64,000 nucleotides of DNA, from assembly GCA_033551855.1 (NCBI GenBank), contig JAWSUI010000003.1:44092-108091 (forward strand), written 5' to 3'. Below, piece after piece: positions 57,437-64,000 of the stretch (position 1 is its first letter; each line of letters starts with the position of its first letter). A model generated the notes under the pieces. That model had not been told where the DNA came from and did no database searches. It saw only the letters and a list, made by a program, of their open reading frames with translations. The position numbers and the translations under genes were made by a program. The stretch is from Deferrisomatales bacterium. GTDB lineage: Bacteria; Desulfobacterota; Deferrisomatia; Deferrisomatales; JACRMM01.

Positions 57437-59197
57437 CTATGCCTGCTGGATGGCGTCGAACTTACAGATCTGGGAACACACCGTGCAGCCCGTGCAGAAG
57501 TTGGGGTCGATCGCCGCCTTGCGCTCGTCCCCCTGCCCCTGCATCGACAGGGCGATGCAGCTCACCTGGAGGCACTGCTTGCAGGCCGTGCACGCCTCCG
57601 GGTCCACCGTCATGGGCTTGTCCTTGACCCGGTAGTTCAAGACACAGGGGTCCTTGGTGATCACCACCGAGGGCTCGGGCTTGGCCAGCTCCTCCTTCAA
57701 CACGGTTTCGACCTGCTTGAGGTCGTAGGCGTTCACCACGCGGACGTTCTCGGGCTTGAGCCCCAGGGTCAGGACGAGCTTCTCGATGTCGATCGGGGGA
57801 GACTCGACTCCCATCAGGGTCTGCCCCATCCCGGGGTTCTGCTGCCCTCCCGTCATGGCCGTGATCCGGTTGTCCTGGATCATCACCACCGAACTGCCGC
57901 CGTTCCAGATCATGTCGATGAGGCCCGTGATCCCGGAGTGGAAGAACGTCGAGTCGCCGATCACGGCGACCGTGCGGTTGAGTGGATCGGTCGACCCCTC
58001 CATCACCTTCGAGATGCCGTGGGCCATGGGGATGGAGGCCCCCATGCACAGGCAGGCGTGCATGGCGTTGAAAGGGGGGAGCGCCCCCAGGGTGTAGCAC
58101 CCGATGTCCCCCGACACGAAGACCTTGAGTTTCTTGAGCACGTGGAAGACTCCCCGGTGGGAGCACCCCGGGCACATGACGGGGGGCCGCGTCGGGAGCC
58201 CCGCGGCCTCGGCCGGCACCTCGGTCGTGACGCCGGCGAGCCTCTCCATGACGAGCCCCGGCTCGAGCTCGCCCACGATGGGGAAGAGGTCCTTGCCGTG
58301 AGACACCTCCACGCCGAGGAGCCGCACCTGCTCTTCCAGGAAGGGGTCGAGCTCCTCCACCACGACCAACCGATCGACGTGCTGGGCGAAGTCCCGAATC
58401 AGCGCCTCCGGCAGGGGGTAGGTCAGCCCCAGCTTGAGGAAGCTCGCCCCGGGAACGGCCTCCTTGGCGTAGGCGTAGGAGATCCCCGACGTGATGATGC
58501 CCAGGGAGGTGTCCCCCATCTCGACCCGGTTCAGGGGGCTGTTCACCCCGTACTCCTTGAGCTTGGCGAGCTTCTCCTCGATCACCGGGTGCTTGGGCCG
58601 CGCGAAGCCGGGGAGCATGGTGTACTTCTTCACGTCTCGAGGCAGATCCGTCGGCTTCGGCCGCTCTTCCCGGGTCCCGAGCTCCACCACCCCCTTGGAG
58701 TGGTTGATCCGGGTGGTGGTCCGGAAGAGCACCGGCGTGTCGAACTGTTCCGAGATCTCGAAGGCGGCTCTCAGGAAGGACTTGGCCTCCTGCGAGTCCG
58801 AGGGCTCGATCATGGGGATCTTCGAGAACTTCGCGTAGTTGCGGTTATCCTGCTCGTTCTGGCTCGAGTGCAGGAACGGGTCGTCGGCGCTGACCAGCAC
58901 CAACCCCCCCCGAATACCGGTGTACACGGCGGTGAAGAGGGGATCCGCCGCCACGTTGACGCCCACGTGCTTCATGCAGGCGAGGGCCCGGGCGCCGGCG
59001 ATGGCCGCGCCGACGGCCACCTCGAGGGCGGTCTTCTCATTGGTGGACCACTGGCAGTAGATGTCCTTGCTGTAATCCGCCTTGATGTTCTGGAGGATCT
59101 CGGTGGAGGGCGTGCCCGGGTAGGCGGCGGCGAACGTCACCCCGGCCTCCCAAGCGCCCCTGGCGATGGCTTCGTTTCCCAACAGCACTTCCTTCAT
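57437..59197 (-). CDS. iorA: indolepyruvate:ferredoxin oxidoreductase alpha subunit
   Basis: TPP-binding GDSTFFHSG. C-terminal 2x[4Fe-4S] (CTACKQC...CTGCTVC). ATG at 59197 is preceded by GAGGAG. Confidence 0.92.
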   Translation of the reverse strand: MKEVLLGNEAIARGAWEAGVTFAAAYPGTPSTEILQNIKADYSKDIYCQWSTNEKTALEVAVGAAIAGARALACMKHVGVNVAADPLFTAVYTGIRGGLVLVSADDPFLHSSQNEQDNRNYAKFSKIPMIEPSDSQEAKSFLRAAFEISEQFDTPVLFRTTTRINHSKGVVELGTREERPKPTDLPRDVKKYTMLPGFARPKHPVIEEKLAKLKEYGVNSPLNRVEMGDTSLGIITSGISYAYAKEAVPGASFLKLGLTYPLPEALIRDFAQHVDRLVVVEELDPFLEEQVRLLGVEVSHGKDLFPIVGELEPGLVMERLAGVTTEVPAEAAGLPTRPPVMCPGCSHRGVFHVLKKLKVFVSGDIGCYTLGALPPFNAMHACLCMGASIPMAHGISKVMEGSTDPLNRTVAVIGDSTFFHSGITGLIDMIWNGGSSVVMIQDNRITAMTGGQQNPGMGQTLMGVESPPIDIEKLVLTLGLKPENVRVVNAYDLKQVETVLKEELAKPEPSVVITKDPCVLNYRVKDKPMTVDPEACTACKQCLQVSCIALSMQGQGDERKAAIDPNFCTGCTVCSQICKFDAIQQA

Positions 59198-59292
59198 CGT
59201 GGCTCCTCGTTCTCTCGAGTGTGGGGCGGCGGAGGGGCCGCCGAGGCCCCATGCCGCCCCGGTCGTCGCCCCTGGGCCGGGGGATGCGCGAT

Positions 59293-60483
59293 CTAACCAA
59301 CCTGCACGACCAGGGCGGCCCCCGTGTCGCCGGCGGCGCAGCCGGTGAACAGGCCGTAGCCGCCGCCCTTCTCCGCGAGCTCCTCGACGAGCTCGATGAC
59401 GCACCGGGCCGCCGTGGGCCCCTGGGGGTGTCCGAACACCAGGGGGCTGCCATAGTTGTTGGCCGCGTTGACGTCGACGCCGAGCTCTCGGGCGAAGTAC
59501 AGATCGTTGATGACGAAGGGGTTGTGGGTCTTGACCGCCTTCATGTCCCCGATCTTCAAGCCGGCTTTCTCCAGGGCCATGGCCGCCGCCGGCACCGGAG
59601 CGCGGGGCATGAAGCCCTTCTGGGTCCGCGCGTAGCCGTAGGACACCAGCCGGACCTCGACGCCGGGGTCCGCCGAGAGCTCCCGCGCCCGCTCCCGGGT
59701 GGCGACGATCACCGCGGCGTTGCCGTCGGCCGGGTGGGTCTGGGCCCCGAAGCTGTGCACCCCACCCGGAAGAACCGGGGGCAGGCCCGCCAGGGCCTCG
59801 CGGGTAGTGGGCGTGATCCCCTCGTCCTGCTCCAGGAGCACGGTCTTCTTCTTGCTGAGCCGCACCTCGGCCGGGAACATGTAGCGCTTCTGGAAGGCCC
59901 GGTCCGCCTTCAGGGCGTCGCCGTACTGCTCGTAGCGGCGGGCTGCCACGTCGTCGACCTGCTCCTTGGTGACCCCGATCTCCTTGGCCACGTTCTCGCC
60001 GGTCTGGATCATGGCGTTCTTGGCGAAGGGGTCGTGGTTGAAGTTGTCCATGAGCCAGTTTTCGTGGAGCAACTCGCCCCCCGGCCCGTTGGGGTTGGGC
60101 CACACCACGTGGGGGCCGTTGGAGGTCCGGTCCGCGGCCAGGTGCAGCACGCTGCCGAACAGCCCGTTCTCGACCCCCGCCGCGGCGTTGTAGAGGCAAG
60201 TGGTGGCCGTCGAGCAGGCCTGGCTCACGTTGCACCCCGCCAGCCCCTCGGCCCCCAGGAGTGCCGCCACCCAGGGCGCACCGTAGAAGGCCTGCCTCTG
60301 GTGGATGGTGTAGCCGAGATAGAGGTAGTCGAAGCTCTTCGGGTCGATCCCCCTCTGGCCCAGCCATCGCGAGGCGGTGGCCGCCCCCAGAACGAGGGAG
60401 TGCTCGTTGGCCAGCGTCATCTGCCACTTCGAGAAGGGGGTGGTGTAGTAGCCGCGAAAGGGAATGTAGGCCTTCGTGAACAT
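59293..60483 (-). CDS. thiolase-family acetyl-CoA acyltransferase
   Basis: 396 aa. Active-site Cys region (NVSQACSTATT) and a C-terminal thiolase His/Cys region. Confidence 0.85.
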   Translation of the reverse strand: MFTKAYIPFRGYYTTPFSKWQMTLANEHSLVLGAATASRWLGQRGIDPKSFDYLYLGYTIHQRQAFYGAPWVAALLGAEGLAGCNVSQACSTATTCLYNAAAGVENGLFGSVLHLAADRTSNGPHVVWPNPNGPGGELLHENWLMDNFNHDPFAKNAMIQTGENVAKEIGVTKEQVDDVAARRYEQYGDALKADRAFQKRYMFPAEVRLSKKKTVLLEQDEGITPTTREALAGLPPVLPGGVHSFGAQTHPADGNAAVIVATRERARELSADPGVEVRLVSYGYARTQKGFMPRAPVPAAAMALEKAGLKIGDMKAVKTHNPFVINDLYFARELGVDVNAANNYGSPLVFGHPQGPTAARCVIELVEELAEKGGGYGLFTGCAAGDTGAALVVQVG

Positions 60484-60572
60484 GGCTCCTCCTTACAAGG
60501 TCGGCCTTCGGCCGTTGGCTGTCGGCTCCCCCGCGCCCCTCCCACGAGGAGGGGATGCCGGGAACGCCGGTT

Positions 60573-62075
60573 CTACTGCGTCCTCTCCCGATCCCGCAGC
60601 TCCCGCTTCAGGATCTTTCCCGTGGCGTTCTTGGGGAGGTCGTCGAGGAACTCCACGATGCGCGGGGCCTTGTAGTCGGCCAGCCGCTTCTTGCAGTGGG
60701 CGATGATCTCCTCGGGCGAGGTCTTCCCCGGCTCCCGCAACGCCAGAACCGCCTTCACGCTCTCGCCGAACACGGGGTGGGGCACCCCGATCACGGCGCA
60801 CTCCCGGACGTTCGGGTGGGCGTAGAGTACCTCCTCCACCTCCCGAGGCCAGACCTTCAGGCCCGCCGAGTCGATCATGTCCTTGAGCCGATCGACGATG
60901 AAGACGTACCCCTCTTCGTCCATGTAGCCGATGTCGCCGGAGCGCAGCCAGCCGTTCACCACCGCCTCGGCCGTGGCCTCGGGTTTGCGGTAGTACTCCT
61001 TCATCACATTGGGCCCCTTGATCCAGATCTCCCCCAGCTCGCGCCGGGCCACCTCGTTGCCCTCCGGGTCCGCGATCCGGATCTCCACGTTCATCACCGC
61101 GGTGCCCACCGAGCCCTCCTTGTGGCGAAACTCGTGGTTGTAGGTGGAGAAGGGCGTGGTCTCCGTCAGGCCGTACCCCTCTACCACGGTGAGGCCGAAG
61201 CGCTCCTTCCACCGGCGGGCCACCTCCCCGGGCATGGAGGAGGCCGCGGAGAAGCTGTACCGGACGGACTTCATCGCCTCGTCCGACCGGGGATCGTTGA
61301 GGACCAGCATGTAGATCGCCGGCACGGCGTACCACCGCGTGACCCGATTGCGCCGCAGGCTCCCCAGCGCCTCGTCCAGGTCGAACTTCTTGTGCAGCAC
61401 CAGGGTGCAGCCCGCCTGGACCACGGAGTTGAAGATGAAGTTCTGGGCGAAGGAGTGGTAGATCGGCAGGAAACAGATGGCCCGGTCGTCCCGACGCATG
61501 TCGCACATGTACTTGGTTGCGTTGGTGTTGGAGACCACGTTGCCGTGGGTCAGCACGACCCCCTTCGGCCTTCCGGTGGTGCCCGAGGTGTAGATGATGG
61601 CCGCCGGTTCGTCGCGCTCCGTGTACACCGTGGGAAGGTCCGGTGCCGCGCCGGCCAGGAGCTCCGCCCAGGCCCTGTCGCCCCCCGCGCCGTCCACGCT
61701 CACCACCGTGCGCACGGCCGGGATGCGGTCCCGGGGAGGCACCTCGGGCAGGAGCCCCTCCTCGGTGACCAGGACCACGCCCTCACTGTCGTTGACCATG
61801 TACTCGACCTCGTCCGCCTTGCTCATGCTCGAGATCGACACGCACACCGCGCCCACCTTCTGGCACGCGTAGTAGGTCACGATGAACTCCGGGCAGTTGG
61901 TCAGGAAGACACAGACCTGGTCCCCCTGGGCCACCCCGAGGGACCGCAGGGCGTGCCCCATCCGAGAGGCCTCTTCCGAGAAACGCCGGTAGGTCCACAC
62001 CTGATCCCCGTAGACGATGGCCTCGTGGTCGGGGAAGAAGAGGTGGTTTCGGTCCAGGGCGTCGGCGATGTTCAT
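60573..62075 (-). CDS. AMP-dependent acyl-CoA synthetase/ligase
   Basis: AMP-binding motif IIYTSGTTGRPKG. 500 aa. Confidence 0.92.
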   Translation of the reverse strand: MNIADALDRNHLFFPDHEAIVYGDQVWTYRRFSEEASRMGHALRSLGVAQGDQVCVFLTNCPEFIVTYYACQKVGAVCVSISSMSKADEVEYMVNDSEGVVLVTEEGLLPEVPPRDRIPAVRTVVSVDGAGGDRAWAELLAGAAPDLPTVYTERDEPAAIIYTSGTTGRPKGVVLTHGNVVSNTNATKYMCDMRRDDRAICFLPIYHSFAQNFIFNSVVQAGCTLVLHKKFDLDEALGSLRRNRVTRWYAVPAIYMLVLNDPRSDEAMKSVRYSFSAASSMPGEVARRWKERFGLTVVEGYGLTETTPFSTYNHEFRHKEGSVGTAVMNVEIRIADPEGNEVARRELGEIWIKGPNVMKEYYRKPEATAEAVVNGWLRSGDIGYMDEEGYVFIVDRLKDMIDSAGLKVWPREVEEVLYAHPNVRECAVIGVPHPVFGESVKAVLALREPGKTSPEEIIAHCKKRLADYKAPRIVEFLDDLPKNATGKILKRELRDRERTQ

Positions 62076-62403
62076 CGGGCTGCTCCTGTGTGTGCGTGCG
62101 CCGATCGTGGGAGATCAAGTGGTCGTTTTTCACCAAACACGGTCCAATATCCACCGGCAGGGCCCGCGCAAAGGCGGGCCGGCCCCGGCGGAACGGGCAG
62201 CGGCTGCGCGCCGCCGGCCTCCTCGGGGCTGACGGCGGCACAGCTTACCAACCGCTCGGTCGTTTGTGCAAGTCCGAGGCCACGGCAGGAGACGGCGCGG
62301 CGGCTCCGCCACCCCCCCTTGGCCTCCGGACCGGAAACCCGCAGGCAGCGCCGCGACCTCTGCGGCGGGCTCGACCGGCCGTTTCCCCCGGGACACGAAG
62401 ACA

Positions 62404-62428
62404 GCCGGGGCCCCTGAGAGGGGCCCCG
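62404..62428 (-). terminator. 10-bp GC hairpin downstream of the acyl-CoA dehydrogenase gene
   Basis: CCGGGGCCCC-TGAGA-GGGGCCCCGG. Only a modest U content follows on the minus strand. Confidence 0.4.
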
Positions 62429-62459
62429 GCGGGGCAGTACGGGAAGGGCGGCGATGCCC

Positions 62460-63617
62460 TCAGCGGTTGGCCGTGTGGCCCAGGGCGATCCCGGCAATGA
62501 TCATCTTCTGCACGTTCGAGGTCCCTTCCACCACCTGGTAGGACTTGGCGTCCCGGAAATACCTCTCGATGGGGTACTCGGTCGAGAAACCCCAGGACCC
62601 GTAGACCTTCATCACCTCGTTGGTGGCGTGGACCGCCGCCTCGGCGGAGAAGTACTTGGCGATGGAGGTCTCGAGCTGGTTGGGCTTGCCCTGGTCCTTG
62701 AGATAGGCCGCCCGGTAGACGAGGAGCTGGGCGGCGTGGTGCTCGGCCACGAGCTCGGCGATCGTCGCCTGGATCATCTGGTACTTGCCGATGGGCTGGC
62801 CGAACTGGGTGCGCTCGTTGGCGTACTGGATGCCCAGATCGATGGCGCCCCCCGCGCACCCCAGGGCCCCGGCGGCGCACCCCAGGCGGGTGTTGTTGAG
62901 CTGCCACATGCAGATCTTGAACCCCTCCCCCACTCCCCCGAGGACCGCGTCCTTCGGCACGCGGGCATCGTCGAAGAGGACCTCGCCCGTCGGCGCGCCG
63001 TGCAGCCCCAGCTTGGTCTCGATGGGCCGGGTGGTGACCCCCTCGGTCTTCTTGAGATCCACGAGGAAGCAGGTCATGCCCTTGTACTTGGCCGCCCGGT
63101 CCGTGTAGGCGTACACGAGGCCCACGTCACCCACGTGGGCGTTGGAGATCCAGGTCTTCTGCCCGTTGAGGATCCAGCAGTCCCCGCCGTCGCGGGCGTT
63201 GGTCTTCATGCCGGCCACGTCCGAGCCGCTGTTGGGCTCGGTGATGGCGAAGAACCCGACGCTCTCCCCGCTCACCCACCCGGGGATGTAGGCCTCCTTC
63301 TGCGCCTCGGTGCCGAACTCCTGCACGGTCAGGGCCGGGCCGATGTTCTGCATGTTGAAGGGGAGCCGCCAGGAGGGGCTCACCTTGGCGATCTCTTCCG
63401 CCAGGAGCACGCTCTCCAGCAACCCCATCCCGTTGCCGCCGTACTTCTCGTCGATGCCGCACCCGAAAAAGCCCAGCTCCCCCATCTTCCGGACGCGCTC
63501 GAGGGGAAACAGATGCTCCGCCTCCTCCGCCTCCATGGTGGGCCGGATCTCGTTCTCGGCGAAGCGCCTGGCCTGCTCCTGCACCATCCTCTGTTCAGGG
63601 GTCAACTCGAAGTCCAT
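62460..63617 (-). CDS. acyl-CoA dehydrogenase
   Basis: 385 aa with ACAD N, middle and C domains (AITEPNSGSD, YQVVEGTSNVQ). ATG at 63617 is preceded by GAGAGGAGGA. Confidence 0.93.
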   Translation of the reverse strand: MDFELTPEQRMVQEQARRFAENEIRPTMEAEEAEHLFPLERVRKMGELGFFGCGIDEKYGGNGMGLLESVLLAEEIAKVSPSWRLPFNMQNIGPALTVQEFGTEAQKEAYIPGWVSGESVGFFAITEPNSGSDVAGMKTNARDGGDCWILNGQKTWISNAHVGDVGLVYAYTDRAAKYKGMTCFLVDLKKTEGVTTRPIETKLGLHGAPTGEVLFDDARVPKDAVLGGVGEGFKICMWQLNNTRLGCAAGALGCAGGAIDLGIQYANERTQFGQPIGKYQMIQATIAELVAEHHAAQLLVYRAAYLKDQGKPNQLETSIAKYFSAEAAVHATNEVMKVYGSWGFSTEYPIERYFRDAKSYQVVEGTSNVQKMIIAGIALGHTANR

Positions 63618-64000
63618 CGGTACGTCCTCCTCTCGTCTGCTGGGCCGGCCTTGGCACCGACCTCTGTTTTCAGGGCTTCTCGGAAAGGGTCCGCCGGGCC
63701 GGCCGGCAGGGGCCGCCCCTCTGCTCCGAGGAATCCGTCGCCATCCCAGCCCCGGCAATGCAACTTCGGGGCCCCTCCAAGAAGAGGCTTCCTGAAGCCG
63801 CGGAACCGGCGACGGGCAGTCATTCTGTAGGGCTGCCGCTACACCCCGCGGTTTCCGCTGGAACCGACGCCCCCACGCCGTCGGGAACCGCCGACATGTC
63901 CCCCGGGTCCAACGCCCATGGACGACCCCCTGCGCCTGCATTTCCCGGAGACCGAGGCTCGGGGCGGGAAATCAGGGGCTTCCGATAAATGACAGGTCCC

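Overview
High-GC (by eye about two-thirds G+C), densely coding bacterial chromosomal window. The gene content looks like an anaerobic Desulfobacterota/deltaproteobacterium-like organism, but that is inference from gene content only.

Gene order, left to right:
- an edge-truncated patatin-like lipase
- an ECF sigma / soluble zinc anti-sigma pair
- a DinG-type Fe-S helicase and a PHP phosphoesterase
- a minus-strand type II secretion operon, gspC-D-E-F-G-H-I-J-K
- the plus-strand elongasome operon mreB-mreC-mreD-mrdA-rodA plus an unknown 208-aa ORF, then radA
- a minus-strand methylmalonyl-CoA block: small subunit, 5S and 12S carboxyltransferases, biotin carrier, split B12 mutase, epimerase
- XRE-cupin and IclR-family regulators
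- a Wood-Ljungdahl carbonyl-branch cluster: fhs, RACo/acsV, cooC, acsD, acsA, acsB, acsC, acsE
- an OMP beta-barrel and ppiD
- a GAF histidine kinase / sigma54 response regulator / PNP-like operon
- a tandem USP, TRAP dctPQM, iorAB, a thiolase, an acyl-CoA ligase and an acyl-CoA dehydrogenase

I found no rRNA, tRNA, CRISPR array, transposase or integrase.

Most notable non-genic signals:
1. A 203-nt structured non-coding element in two ~89% identical, indel-free copies (14745-14947 and 30736-30938), plus a degenerate partial copy. I cannot assign it to any known RNA or repeat family.
2. gspH is split by a frameshift exactly at an A9/T9 homopolymer.
3. Three stacked intrinsic terminators, a candidate anti-SD sRNA and a 9-bp-phased palindromic repeat lie between the usp and kinase genes.
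4. Translational coupling through GTGA start/stop overlaps is pervasive.

The many very long ORFs antisense to real genes are treated as high-GC shadow ORFs.
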